A DNA stretch of 63,987 nt, filler included, from Chiloscyllium plagiosum (Eukaryota): NCBI RefSeq assembly GCF_004010195.1. It is 12 parts of 12 records of this genome, joined end to end, with 100 filler letters (N's around TTAATTAATTAA, not from the genome) between each part and the next. Parts side by side here need not be neighbours in the genome. Positions count along the whole stretch, not along the records: positions 34,303 to 41,753 come from NW_025212816.1; positions 41,854 to 43,381 come from NW_025160075.1; positions 43,482 to 44,772 come from NW_025144933.1; positions 44,873 to 47,849 come from NW_025186753.1; positions 47,950 to 49,364 come from NW_025153692.1; positions 49,465 to 56,706 come from NW_025201652.1; 6 more parts are not named here. One strand, 5' to 3'. Each line of letters begins with the position of its first letter. The stretch's first letter is position 1. The notes beneath the pieces were generated by a model. That model did not search any database and had not been told where the DNA came from. It saw only the letters and a program-made list of their open reading frames with translations. A program made the position numbers and the translations under genes. Positions 38,055 to 50,310 of this stretch are shown piece after piece.

Positions 38055-38475
38055 TGTCCCTCTCTCTCTATCTCACAACTGCCACTTCTTTCTCTCCACA
38101 CCTCTCTCTCCTACTGTTAATCTCTTTCATGTTCTCTCTCTCTCTCACTCTGTCTCATAGCCACTCTCTCCAACTCACTCATACTTTCTCACTCCATCTC
38201 ATAATCTCTATTTCTCCATCTCTCACTGTCTCCATCACTCACTCCCTCTCTCACTTCAATTTAACGCCTCTGTTATCTCTCCTCTCTCTACCTCCCTCTG
38301 TCTTTCTACCTCCCTCTCTGTTTTCCCAATCTACAGTCGCACTCCCTCCGTCTCTGTCATTCTGTCTCTAATCATACTCATATCTCTCACTTTCTCTCTC
38401 TCTCTCACAAGCACACACACAAACATGTACAGACACTCGCCCTCTGTCTCTGTCTCACTTCTGTCTCTTTCTCAC
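38055..38475. repeat. CT-rich low-complexity tract
   Basis: Degenerate (CT)n. Confidence 0.85.
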
Positions 38476-39122
38476 AGTGTCTCAGGTAGTGGCAGTTGAA
38501 TGCAGGATAAACCTCCGTCTACTCTGCCCCACTCATGGATGTTAGCCTCTGACCCCAGAAGCATGTCTTCTCCTGGAGTAAGGCCCAATTTTCCACATTG
38601 GCCTGGGTTTGGCCTCTCTCAGAAAGATGGCTAGATTCTTGTCAAATGAAGGGCAGTTCTATGCTGTTGGCCTGTTCTCACTGGGGACTGATTTGGACAC
38701 AAAGCTCATTTCATAAAGGCTCAGCAGAAAGAGGAGACCCTCAAGCCACCAGTGTGAGCTGGAGGGACAGGACAGGCTCTGACCCACTGACCCAGCCTGT
38801 CCATTCACAACATTTTTCAATCCCTTCCCCTCTCCTACCCCTTTCCTTCCCTTTCCATTGTCAGTCTCTGAGTCAGGGTGTTTTACTGGGATGTGGGTTG
38901 AACCATCACACAGTTACAACAGAAAGGAACTGAACCCCATACCCACTATGGCGTCCACAATGCACTGGACTCTCCAACAGAGTCCAGTAAACATGGAATT
39001 CAGTTCATGGGGCTGCCTGATGGAGAGACATAGGCCTCCTTCCCACCGAACCTACCATCAGAGACCATTAAACATGGGCCTCCTTCCTGCAGGAGCCTCC
39101 ACTAGAGACCCGTAAACATTAC

Positions 39123-39250
39123 GTAAAAGCAATGACTGCAGATGTTGGAAACCAAATTCTGGATTAGTGGTGCTGGAAGAGCACAGCAGTTCAGGCAGCA
39201 TCCGAGGAGCAGTAAAATCGACATTTCGGGTAAAAGCCCTTCATCAGGAA
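39123..39250 (-). mobile_element. Short Penelope-pLTR-derived element with hammerhead motif
   Basis: Near-identical to 62415-62543; CCTGATGA-a-GGGC-tttt-ACCC-GAAA-tgtc. Confidence 0.75.
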
Positions 39251-39434
39251 TACAAGAATACATTGGTCTCCTTTTGACTGGACTCTCCAAAGGAGACGAG
39301 TAAACATGGACCTCCTTCCTGCTGGAACCTCCAATACAGACCAGTAAACATGGATCTCCTTCTGACTGGATCCTTCAAGACAGACCAGTAAATATGGACC
39401 TCCTATTCACTGGAACTTCCAATGGAGATGAGTA

Positions 39435-40677
39435 GATGGTTGAATTTTTGAAGGAGTAAGCAAGAAGATAGGTAATGGTAGAGTAGAACACTCTGGCTAC
39501 ATGGAGTTAAGCAAGGCCTGATACAAGGTTCCCCATGGTAGACTGCTTAATAAGATTAGATCACATAGATTCCAGGGAGAGCTTGCCAATTGGATATAAA
39601 ATTGGCCTGATGATAGGAGGCTGAGGCTGGTGAGAGAGGGTTGTTCTTCAGACTGGAGGCCAGTGACCAGCCGTCTGCCACAAGAATCGATCCTGGATCC
39701 ACTGTTGTTCATCATTGAAACGAACAATTTGGATGAGAAAATACCAGGAACGGTCAGTAAGTTTGTGGCTGACATTAAATTTGTTGGCATCGTGGACAGG
39801 GAAGAAGGTTATCCAAGAGTGCAATGTCATCTTGATCAACTGGGCCAGTGGGTCAACAAATCCAGATGGAGTTTAATTTTGATAAATGGAAGGAGTTGTA
39901 TTTTGGTAAGACAAACCAGGGCAGGAATTACACAATTAATGGTAGAGCCATGGGGTGTGTTGTTGAACAGAGAAACCAAGTGTATAGGTACATAGCTTCT
40001 TGGAAGTGGTGTCACAGATAGACAGGGTGGTGAAGAGGGTATTTGACATGCTCACCTTCACTGGTCAAAGCAGGGAGTACAGGAGCTGGGACATCATGTT
40101 ACAGCTGTACAAGGCATTGGTAAGGCCACATTTAGACTCTGTGCGCATATTTGCTCATCCTGATATAGGAACCAAGTTATTACACTGGTTTGAATAAAAG
40201 AAAGATTAACAGGGATGTTATCAAGATTGGAGGGTTTGAATTACAAGACGAGGCTGGATTAGCCGAGATGTTTTTCCAGGGAATGCAGGAGATTGAGGGG
40301 TGACCTTATAGAGGTTTATAGAATCATGGGGGTCATAGATAAGGTGAATAGCCAAAGTCTTTTCCCCAGGGTAGGAGAGTACTAGAAGGAATAGGTTTAA
40401 GTTGAGAGGGGAAAGAATTAGAAGGGATCCGAGAGGCAACCTTTTCAAACAAAGGTTGGTATGTATGTTTAATGAGCTGCCAGAGGAAGTCGTAGAGGCG
40501 AGTACAATTACTACATTTCAAGGACATTTTTACAGGAACATGGATAGGAAGGATTTAGAGAGGATTGGGCCAAACACAGGCAAATGGGACTAGTTCAGTT
40601 TTTGGAAACTTAGTCAGCATGAATGAGTTGAGCCGAAGGGCCTGATGCCATGCTGTCAACCTCCATGACTCTATGAT
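39435..40677 (+). mobile_element. CR1 LINE RT and 3' end
   Basis: SDWRPVTSRLPQESILDPLLFII..SKFVADIK; MLQLYKALVRPHL; NELPEEVVEA; (ctatga) tail. Confidence 0.9.
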
Positions 40678-41924
40678 GATGTCTACATGGGCCACCTTCC
40701 CATAGGACCAAAAAACACGGACCTCTTTCCACTGGAACCTCCAATAGACACCAATAAACATGGACCTCCTTCCCACTGGTTGCTCCAGAAGAGACCAGTA
40801 AACATGGTCCTCCTTCCCTCAGGACTGTCCAGCACCTGAGCTGCAAACCCCACATCCTCTCCATCAGGTATGCCTCTTACATCAATCTCAACAACATTGT
40901 CTATCTCTGCACTACCTCAGCCCCTTGACAACAGAAACCCTAATTCCTGCTTGTCCTGCCTCCTAACTCTATGCTTCCAATGTCCTCTCCGAGCTTCCTA
41001 AAGCCATATTCCATAAACTCCAACTTGTCTGATATGGAATGGGCCCTTCCCTGTCTTACCCATATGTCATTCCAGAATGATCCCCGACCTCACTGCAAGC
41101 TAATTGCCTCCATGGCCTCCCTCCTCCCTCACTCTGTGTCCTGCTGCAGACTCACATTTCCTCCCTCCCCTTCCATCTTCTGTCTCTGGTCTCCAATCCA
41201 TTGCTGCTTCCTCCATCTCACCAATGACAGCCGAGCCTTCAGACCCCGACAGCATGCTCTCTGACCTCCTGCCCTTCATCCCTTCCCCACTCGATGGTTG
41301 TGCTATGAAATATATTGTTCAGTGCCATTACTTTTGGTTCACTGTTCCATTGCCATTGATTTGCTGAATAATTCCTCATCAGTAAATCTAGTCTGGCCTG
41401 TTCCCTGAGTTACTTCAAGACCGTTTTGCTTGAGAAAACACTCTTCTGTAAACTGTGTTGTCTGTTTCTCCAAGTCTTTGTATAAAGGTGAGAATAAGTG
41501 TGTGTAATTTAACTAACCGTCACAATCGGCCCAATGACCGCACAGACAGAGGTCACTGAGCCTATTGTGACTGTTAGTTAAATGAGTCCAATGAGTCCCA
41601 TTTACCCAGCCCTTCCTGTATAACCCTGCAATTGTTTCCTTTTCAGCTATTTCTCCAAATGTCCCTTTGAAAGTTGCTGTTGAATCTACTTCCACTCACC
41701 TTGCAGACAGTCATCATGAACTCGCTGGATAAAAATGTTCCATCTTCTCTCTTNNNNNNNNNNNNNNNNNNNNNNNNNNNNNNNNNNNNNNNNNNNNTTA
41801 ATTAATTAANNNNNNNNNNNNNNNNNNNNNNNNNNNNNNNNNNNNNNNNNNNNATTAAGTCTCACATTATTTTCCCGGTCCTTCAAAGGTAATAATCGCC
41901 AGCTTGAGACTAAACCTTGTCAGT

Positions 41925-42004
41925 GGTTTTTGTATGAGGATGTCACTGTGCACATCACTGTGACCCACTGTAGTATCACAGCGATTTAGACCTGTACATT
42001 TTCT
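41925..42004 (-). other. IGHD: IgH D1 segment (41963-41976) with 12-RSS at 5' and 22-RSS at 3'
   Basis: ATACTACAGTGGGT; 3' RSS CACAGTG-22-ACAAAAACC; 5' RSS CACAGCG-12-ACATTTTCT. Confidence 0.9.
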
Positions 42005-42364
42005 GTAATACGCTCTGGGTCTCAATTTTCATGTGAAATAGACATTTAGTGCTTATAGTGTTTAGAATTAAAGGCATGGTTTACAGACCACGATTAGTAG
42101 ACATTTCCCGAACTGTCAGATACATTAAAACTAACATCATGTCCAAGCATTTAATTGGTGGAAGAGTAAGTAGTACATACGAAATGCCAAAAACATTGTC
42201 CCATGATATCACCCAGTTTGTTAGTTTCAATGGTATGTTTCCTCTATGATAGGGTTGTAAAAGGCAGCCCGAGGTGTGCTTCAGATCGCAGTTGGTTGAA
42301 CTGAATTTAAAACGGGTACTGACCATCAGTTAACGATGAAATTGGCAAAATGTCCCCTTGAGCT

Positions 42365-42403
42365 GTTTTTTGAAAGGGTCCAGCGCTGGTTCCTCTCGCT
42401 GTG
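42365..42403 (-). promoter_or_regulatory. VH-A 23-RSS
   Basis: CACAGCG-23-TCAAAAAAC. Confidence 0.88.
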
Positions 42404-42883
42404 GTATCTTGCACAGTAATAGATGGCGGTGTCTTCGATCTTCAGGCTCTTCATCTCCAACGCGAAGATGTTGTTTGAAGTGTCTTTGGACGCAGTAAAT
42501 CGATTCTTAATCGCTGGGTCATAGTTACTGCTGGATGGACTTTTGTCATTTAGCAGTCACTCCAGCCCCTGTCCGGGAACCTGTCGGATCCAGTGCATCC
42601 AACCATTGCCAAGATCGAAGCCGCTGGTTTTACAGGTCAGTTTCAGGGTGGCCCCGGAATGGCCACTCTCTGCCTCTGGTTGAGTTAAAACAATCTCCGA
42701 CTGGACACCTTTCAAAATGAAAAAAAAACCATGAGAATTAATGCTGATACAATGATGCCTGAGTCTTTTACATTTCTGAGGCAGACTAACATTGAGACAG
42801 TAACAAAGAGAGACATGAAAAAAAAAACACTCACATGATAAGAACGTCAGTAACAAACTGAGAAAAATTGTTGACTTAATCAT
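42404..42883 (-). pseudogene. IGHV: IgM-type VH pseudogene (VH-A): leader 42835-42883, V exon 42404-42708
   Basis: [16 protein letters not shown]|[41 protein letters not shown] then TGA at 42557-42559 (Trp codon in paralogs); continues in frame to YYCARY. Confidence 0.93.
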
Positions 42884-43758
42884 TCTGAACACGTGTGGAA
42901 AACAGTTCTGTCAAGAGCTTTCTAAACAAACCAGATCCAGGGGTGTTGAATTAAAGCACAGTGACCCGGATTTTTATGATCATCAGAAGGGGCAGGCTTC
43001 CAGGTTCCGCCTGTTGGTTTCCTGCTGGAGGCTGAGACTGGATCCTCGTATCACCTTGCACAGCCCGAACAGATGGGTTCATATTTACACGAGATTATTC
43101 TTAAACATGGAAATATACACACCTTGGGATATTGTTTTGCTGATGAGCTTGCTAGGAAGTGTGTTTTGAATGAGGAAAGTGAAACTTAACAGCTTGAAGT
43201 ATTTTTCAGATGAGGTTTTCAGATATTTTGTTTAAACCAACAAAACAAATTCAATTGGAAGTTGGCTCTCTGTATTTTAGCATGAATTCACGAGTAAATA
43301 AAACTAAAATCAAAGTTCGAAGATATTATCAGCCAATTAATTAACTAGCCATACGATCTTCTGGACACTCCAAACCTCCACNNNNNNNNNNNNNNNNNNN
43401 NNNNNNNNNNNNNNNNNNNNNNNNNTTAATTAATTAANNNNNNNNNNNNNNNNNNNNNNNNNNNNNNNNNNNNNNNNNNNNACCACAGACAAAATAAAAT
43501 CACGATAAATCTTCCTCACATAATTACGCTAGTGAATTCTGATCATTCTTGATAAATTTTAATACTGTTTTATACTTCACAGAATAACACATGAGCTGAT
43601 TCTCAAAATCCCCAACTGGTGTACCGATAATTACCCAACACTTTTACAAATTAAATACTGATACTGGCATTAAACCGCACAGAACTAATACTGCACTGCA
43701 AGTTAAGACGGTTTGTAGAAGTAATCACTGACTAGTTTCAAACAATAGAGGCTGAATA

Positions 43759-43829
43759 GGTTTTTGTATTGATCATAATTGCAGTGTCACTCCAGCTATA
43801 TCACTGTGAGACACGTTGTGTCAAATACT
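43759..43829 (-). other. IGHD: IgH D2 segment (43787-43801) with 12/12 RSS
   Basis: ATATAGCTGGAGTGA; 3' RSS CACTGCA-12-ACAAAAACC; 5' RSS CACTGTG-12-TCAAATACT; 369 bp from D1. Confidence 0.85.
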
Positions 43830-44132
43830 ATGACAGACTGTAAACTGTAAAATGCAGAGAATTTCTTCACTTCCTAGAAAGCAGTGATTTAGACTCCTCT
43901 AAAAATGATTTGGTGCATTATTCCAGCTTTTACTATTCATTGTATTTTGAAAGCTTGGAATACTTTTCCAGGTTTGGTCTGCATTTAACTTGACAATCAA
44001 CACGAAGAAGGTAGAAACAAACTATACAATTGTACAAACTAGCACTACTGGATTGTGTTTAAATTGCATCTCACCTTATTTCTCGCGCCTGCCATGGTAG
44101 AAATCACCAATTTGAGATAAACACTTGTCAGT

Positions 44133-44212
44133 GGTTTTTGTATGAGGATGTCGCTGTGCACAACACTGTGACCCACTGTAGTATCACAATGATGTAGACC
44201 AGTACACTCATT
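44133..44212 (-). other. IGHD: IgH D1 segment (44171-44184) with 12/22 RSS
   Basis: ATACTACAGTGGGT; 3' RSS CACAGTG-22-ACAAAAACC; 5' RSS CACAATG-12-ACACTCATT. Confidence 0.92.
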
Positions 44213-44572
44213 CTCTGTTCTTTACTCGAGGTCTCAATTTTCATTTGAAAGAGCCATTTAGTTCTGATCATGTTTAGAATGAATGCCATAGTTGACATAA
44301 CAATTAGCAGTGATTTCCTGAGCTGTCAGATATATTAAAACTAACATTTTATCCGAGCATTTAATTGATGGAAGTGTTAGCAGTACATATGACATGCCCA
44401 AAACATTGTCCCATTGTGTCACCAGTTTGCTAGTTTAAATGGTACATTTCCTCTTGGATAGTTTTGTAAGAGGCAGCCTGAGGTCTGCTTCTGGTTGCAG
44501 TTGGTATAATTGCATTTAAAACTCGCACTGACCGTCAGTTTATGATGGAATTGACAAAATGTTCCCTCGAGC

Positions 44573-44611
44573 TGTTTTTGAACGGGTCCAGCCCTGGTTC
44601 CTCTCGCTGTG
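44573..44611 (-). promoter_or_regulatory. VH-B 23-RSS
   Basis: CACAGCG-23-TCAAAAACA. Confidence 0.9.
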
Positions 44612-44772
44612 TCCTCTTGCACAGTAATAGATGGCGGTGTCTTCGATCTTCAGGTTCCCCATGTCCAACGCGAAAATGTTGTTTGAAGTGTCTTTCGACG
44701 CAGTAAATCGACCCTTAATCGCTGGTGCATAGTTATTGCTGTTTGAACTATAGTAGCTAACCAGCCACTCCA
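44612..44772 (-). CDS. IGHV: IgM-type VH 3' half (VH-B), cut by contig end
   Basis: [53 protein letters not shown], open frame. Confidence 0.92.
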
Positions 44773-45129
44773 NNNNNNNNNNNNNNNNNNNNNNNNNNNN
44801 NNNNNNNNNNNNNNNNTTAATTAATTAANNNNNNNNNNNNNNNNNNNNNNNNNNNNNNNNNNNNNNNNNNNNCATAAACAATGGTCCAAAACTATCCCTT
44901 CTCTTACACCATCACCCTCTCAGGGGCAATTAGGAATGGGCAATGAATGCTGGACCTGGCAGTGACTCTCATATCCCAAGAAGCAATTTAAACAATACCT
45001 GTTCTTTTGTCGGGGTTTATTCTGTATTGACGACAAATGTTCAATAAGATTGTATTGCCAGTGAATATACTGAGAGTCAAAATCCATTTGTTTGACAGGG
45101 ATTAAAATTGTTTCTCTTGTCTTTCCCAG

Positions 45130-45449
45130 AACTCCCAGCTCAAGCTGACCCTGCTGCCCACCTCCCCGGAGCAGGTCAATGTCAAGGGCACTGCCACCCT
45201 GGTGTGCCTTGCCAATCACTTCTATCCCGATGAGCTGGAGGTACAGTGGAAGAAGGACGGTGCAGTCATTTTGGACGGGGTTCAGACCAGCAACTACCTG
45301 CGAGCTTCGGACAGCACCTACAGTGTCAGCAGCCTGCTGACCCTCTCTGGGTCTGACTGGGCGTCCAACGCTCGCTTCTCCTGTGCCCTCACCCACGTGA
45401 CCCTCCCGTCTCCCTCAGAACGAGCATCAGGAGATCAGAATGTGTGTAG
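45130..45449 (+). pseudogene. IGKC: Ig kappa constant exon pseudogene (Ck5)
   Basis: Acceptor region partly deleted (ctttcccag|aac, wrong phase for Jk); 1-bp deletion near 45412-45415 shifts away the terminal ECV. Confidence 0.9.
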
Positions 45450-45783
45450 ATTGTTTGAGACAGTCCACAGAGGAGACACAACTTTACTTAGAACAGGGCT
45501 GAGCTAGCAGGACAAAGGTCATTGTTAGCACTGAATTTCAACTCTCTTCCTTCTCAGGACTGCTCAGAGATATGTCTGAGGTTTGGATGTTGAAGTAGGT
45601 CACTGCGACAATGTCGAGAGACTTTACGCTATGTCAAACCTCATGCTGTCCTTGTCCGGGGAGTGTTTGATGGGGAAGTGTTGACTGTATGCCGAGTAAA
45701 ATCTCTTGAAGTTGCTGAAGACTATCAGCTATACAAAACAATGTGACCCTTAGAAGTCTCTGCTTCAGTAAACCAGACCTTTT

Positions 45784-46087
45784 GGGCGGCACGGTGATGC
45801 AGTGGTTAGCACTGCTGCCTCCCAGTGCCAGAGACCCGGGTTCAATTCCTGCCTCAGGCAACTGACTGTGTGGAGTTTGCACATTCTCCCCGTGTCCGCG
45901 TGGGTTTCCTCCAGGTGCTCTGGTTTCCTCCTACAGTCCAAAAATGTGCAGCTTCGGTGAATTGGCCACGCTAAATTGCCTGTAGTGTTAGGTGTAGGGG
46001 AATGGGTCTGGGTGGGTGCGCTTCCGCGGGTCGGTGTGGACTTGTTGGGCCGAAGGGCCTGTTTCCACACTGTAAGTAATCTAATCT
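45784..46087 (+). mobile_element. Full-length HE1/V-SINE in the Ck5 3' flank
   Basis: gggcggcacggtgatgcagtggttagc head through taatctaatct tail; absent from paralogous flanks. Confidence 0.92.
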
Positions 46088-48221
46088 TCTTCCTGCTGAG
46101 CTGTCAGTTCCAATTTAAGGGTGTGTCACTGTTTAAAGGGACAGAATTCTCATGTTATTGAGTAAATCTCCACAAGTGTTTTCCTTAAGCTCCATTGTGG
46201 CTGTCATTTTTGAGCAGCTTTCTCTGTCTGGGCTGTTAATTGCAGTTTTTTTTCTGTCAATGTCAATCCGAAAAAGGGAAAAAAGATGAAGATTCAGTCT
46301 CTGTCCCGGTGTACTTTGGAAATAGATGACCTCCATTCCCCCTCCCCCCCCTGTTGACTGGCTGCATTTCAGCAGGTCATTGTCACAATTGGTTGCTTGG
46401 CCTGTCAATCAATTACAATCATCATTCATTAATCATTTTCAAATGATCCCTTTGGTCAGGAATTTATGCAGGTAACAAGATTCCAAAAAGAACAGAAACT
46501 GAAAGTTGTTAGGACTCAATAAGTACATCTGACGCATTCCCTCCAGGCCCAGCTGTGGGATTGCACTGTGCAATCTCTGCGGCATGTTGGGTAGCCCCTG
46601 AAACAATCTTCAGCCATTCACAGACATTGCTGGCTGTGTCTCTCACAGTGTGAGTGTGAGTGTTTTACTTTATGCTGCCTGTAGGTGTCTCGCTCAGTGT
46701 CACCTGCAGGCAGCATGGAGTGTGACCATGTTACTCAGTGCGGCCTGTCTCTCAGTGTGAGTGTGTTACTTTGTGCAACCTGTAGGTGTCTCTCTCAGTG
46801 CGAGTGTGTTACTCTGTGCTGCCTGTAGGTGTCTTTGAGGTCTATGTCTCCGAGCGGTGGATTAAGAATGGGCTTTGTGCTGGGGATTGAAGATGAGGCT
46901 TTAATTTTCTCAAATCATGAATGAAAAACAGTTCAGCTGATTCAGTCTGAGAGGCAGTTCATTCAGATGGCCAAAGTTAAAAATCACACAATACCAGGTT
47001 TGAGTCAAACAGGTTTATTTGGAAGTAGAAGTACTCGGTGCGCTGTTCCTTCATCAGGTAGCTGCAGGGGCAGTATGACAGGACACAGAATTTATAGTAA
47101 ATTCAGATGGCAGCTGAGAGTGTATTCTCGGTAAGGGAGGGATTTCAGAGGCAGTAGGTACTGTGTTCCCGAATGTGTTGCCCAATTACAAGGGGATTTT
47201 CTGGATACAGGTTCAGAGCAGTAGTGGCTGCCTGCCCAGCCAATGCTGGCTAACCATAGTTGTATTTCAGATGTCAATTAGCCTGAAATTAGGAGCAGCA
47301 ATATTACCTTACAGGGAGGGGAGCTGTCTGAGGGAGGGAGGGAGGTTAAATTCTTGCAGCCCCAAGAGAGGTTGCAGTGGATTAATGACAGGTATGACCA
47401 CCATGAAGGTGCCAAGTTCTCTCCTCCTGTCCCAGCTGTGATGCCCCTCAGGTTAAAAACGTGACGGTCCTCCTTTAGGATGGTGACTATGTTCCTGGGT
47501 GAGGTAGGGAGGGAAGGTCAGCCTCTCCCAAAGGCAGCACAAGCTGGATCGAAGGGGAAACAAGAGTAAGCATGGGGAGATTGAGGGTGACAGAAGGAGG
47601 GGGTTGGTTGGCAGGTTGTTATTCAGAGTCAGGTCCCAGAGTATCAGTCCTTCTGACACTCCCCTTTTCTTTTTTTTAGAACCTCTGACACTCCTGTTTA
47701 TTTTTCTTTCTGTTACCCCCACACTACCTCCTAACTGCAGTCGCTTTTTTTATCCCCAGCACGCATGGTGTGTGTGTGTGCAGGTGCGAGACACAGTGAG
47801 AGACACAAGGTGTACAAACCTTTATTCAGTTTCCACCACCAGGAAGAAANNNNNNNNNNNNNNNNNNNNNNNNNNNNNNNNNNNNNNNNNNNNTTAATTA
47901 ATTAANNNNNNNNNNNNNNNNNNNNNNNNNNNNNNNNNNNNNNNNNNNNAGAAGCTATTCAGCAAAACCAATATCCCAAGATATGTATGTGTCCATGTTT
48001 AAGCAGAACCTCATGTAAAGACATGATCCCATGTGTTCGGGCTGTACAAGCTGATACCAGGATCCAGTCTGAGCCTCCAGCAGGAAACCAACACGTGGAA
48101 GCTATAAGCCTGCCCCTTCCGATGGCCAGATAAATCCTGGGCACTGGACCGTAATTCAACACTCCTGGGTCGGATCTGTTTAGAAAGATCTTAGCAGAAC
48201 CGCTTCCCACAAGTTATCAGA

Positions 48222-48701
48222 ATGATTGTGTCGACACTTTTCCTCAGTTTGTTACTGACTTTCTTATCATGTAAGTGTTTTTTGTTCAAGTCTCTCTTGT
48301 GACTGTCTCAATGTTAGTCTACGGCAGGAATGTAAAAGACTCAGCCATCATATCACCAACATTAATGCTCATGGTTTATTTGTTTTCTTTTTAAAGGTGT
48401 CCAGTCGGAGGTTGTTTTGACCCAGCCAGAGGCAGAGACTGGCCGTCCCGCAGGCAGCCTGAAACTGACCTGTAAAACCAGCGGGTTCGATCTTGGCAGC
48501 TACAGCATGTACTGGGTCCGACAGGTTCCCGGACAGGGTCTGGAGTGGCTGCTGTACTACTATAGTTCAGCCAGCAGTAACTATGCACCAGCGATTAAGG
48601 GTCGATTTACTGCGTCCAAAGACACTTCAAACAACATTTTCGCGTTGGACATGGGGAACCTGAAGATCGAAGACACCGCCATCTATTACTGTGCAAGAGA
48701 C
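48222..48701 (+). CDS. IGHV: IgM-type VH (VH-C), intact and unrearranged: leader 48222-48270, V exon 48397-48701
   Basis: [16 protein letters not shown]|[60 protein letters not shown]; GT/AG intron. Confidence 0.95.
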
Positions 48702-48740
48702 CACAGCGAGAGGAACCAGGGCTGGACCCGTTCAAAAACA
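48702..48740 (+). promoter_or_regulatory. VH-C 23-RSS
   Basis: CACAGCG-23-TCAAAAACA. Confidence 0.9.
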
Positions 48741-49100
48741 GCTCGAGGGAACATTTTGTCAATTCCATCATAAACTGACGGTCAGTACGAGTTTTAAATG
48801 CAATTATACCAACTGCAATCTGAAGTAGACCTCAGGCTGCCTCTTACAAAACTATCAAAGAGGAAATGTATCATTTCAACTAGCAAACTGGTGACACAAT
48901 GGGACAATGTTTTGGGCATGTCATATGCACTGCTAACACTTCCATCAATTAAATGCTCGGACAAAATGTTCGTTTTAATATATCTGACAGCTCAGGAAAT
49001 CACTGCTAATTGTTATGTCAACTATGGCATTCATTCTAAACATGATCAGAACTAAATGGCTCTTTCAAATGAAAATTGAGACCTCGAGTAAAGAACAGAG

Positions 49101-49180
49101 AATGAGTGTACTAGTCTACATCATTGTGATACTACAGTGGGTCACAGTGTTGTGCACAGCGACAACCTCATACAAAAACC
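49101..49180 (+). other. IGHD: IgH D1 segment (49129-49142) with 12/22 RSS
   Basis: aatgagtgt-12-cattgtg ATACTACAGTGGGT cacagtg-22-acaaaaacc. Confidence 0.92.
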
Positions 49181-49464
49181 ACTGACAAGTGTTTATCTCA
49201 AACTGCTGATTTCTACCATGGCAGGAGCGAGAAATAATGTGAGATGCAATTTAAACGCAATCCGGTAGTTTTAGTTTGTACAATGTATAATTTTTTTTCT
49301 ACCTTCTTCGTGTCGATTGTCAAGTTAAATACAGACCAAACCTGGAAAAGTATTCCAAGCTTTCNNNNNNNNNNNNNNNNNNNNNNNNNNNNNNNNNNNN
49401 NNNNNNNNTTAATTAATTAANNNNNNNNNNNNNNNNNNNNNNNNNNNNNNNNNNNNNNNNNNNN

Positions 49465-50310
49465 CAACCACTAGGAGGTTGAACAGTTCATCACACTGAC
49501 TAAAACCTTCCACCCTGACCTAAACTTCACAGGGACCATCTCGAACACCTCCCTCCCTTTCCTAGACCTCTCCACCTCTATCTCCAGTGACCAACTAAAC
49601 ATTTACTACAAGCCTACTGACTCTCACAGCTACCTGGACTACATCTCCTCCCACCCGACCTCCTGTAAAAATGCCATCCCTTATTCTCAATTCCTCTGCC
49701 TCCACTCGCATCTGCTCCCAGAAGGATTAGTTCCACCATAAAACATCCAAGATCCTTTTTTTTAAAGACTACAATTTCCCCTCCCACGTGGTCGACAATG
49801 CCCTTGAACCCATCTCTCCAATTGCAACAGGGATCCCTCCTGGTCCTCATTTTCCACCGCACCAATCTCGCATACATCATATCATCCTCCGCTGCTTCCA
49901 CCACCTGTAAACAGACCCCATCACTCGGGGTATATTTCCCTCTCTACACCTATCCGCATTCCGGAGACACCATTCCCTCCCTCGGCAGGTCCATGCCCCC
50001 CCCCCCCAGATCAATCTCCATCCCTGTCACCTTTTCCTGCCACCACAGGAAATGAAAAACCTGCACCCACACCTCCCCCTCACCTCCGACAAGGTCCCAA
50101 ATAATCCTTCCACATCCCACAGAAACCTATCTATACTTCCACAAATGTCATCGACTATGTCTGTTCCACCTGATGTGGTCTCCTCTACATCAGTGAGACA
50201 GGACACTAACTTGCAGATCATTTCAGAGAACATCTCTGGGAAACCCGTGCCAACCAACCCCACGGCCCCATGGCTGAACACTTTAAATCCCTCTCCCACT
50301 CCACCAAGAA
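49465..50310 (+). mobile_element. Penelope-like element fragment
   Basis: FHPDLNFT, LPFLDLS, IYYKPTDSHSYLDY, KNAIPYSQFL; related to 11153-13510. Confidence 0.8.

Larger units (their letters stand above)
38960..40820. repeat. Minisatellite of about 44 bp split by two insertions
   Basis: Unit ccagtaaacatggacctccttcc..ctggaacctccaatagaga on both sides of the CR1 at 39435-40677 and of the short element at 39123-39250. Confidence 0.8.

Noticed and set aside
48687-48693. TACTGTG cryptic heptamer at VH 3' ends (VH-replacement signal)
   Set aside because: Dictated by the conserved YYCA codons and common to vertebrate VH genes; no evidence of use here
48397-48701. IgNAR or TCR V identity
   Set aside because: Full FR2 and CDR2 ([12 protein letters not shown]), a V-D1-D2-J layout and a WGQG-type J indicate conventional IgH; the IgM assignment rests on V sequence because no CH exon is visible
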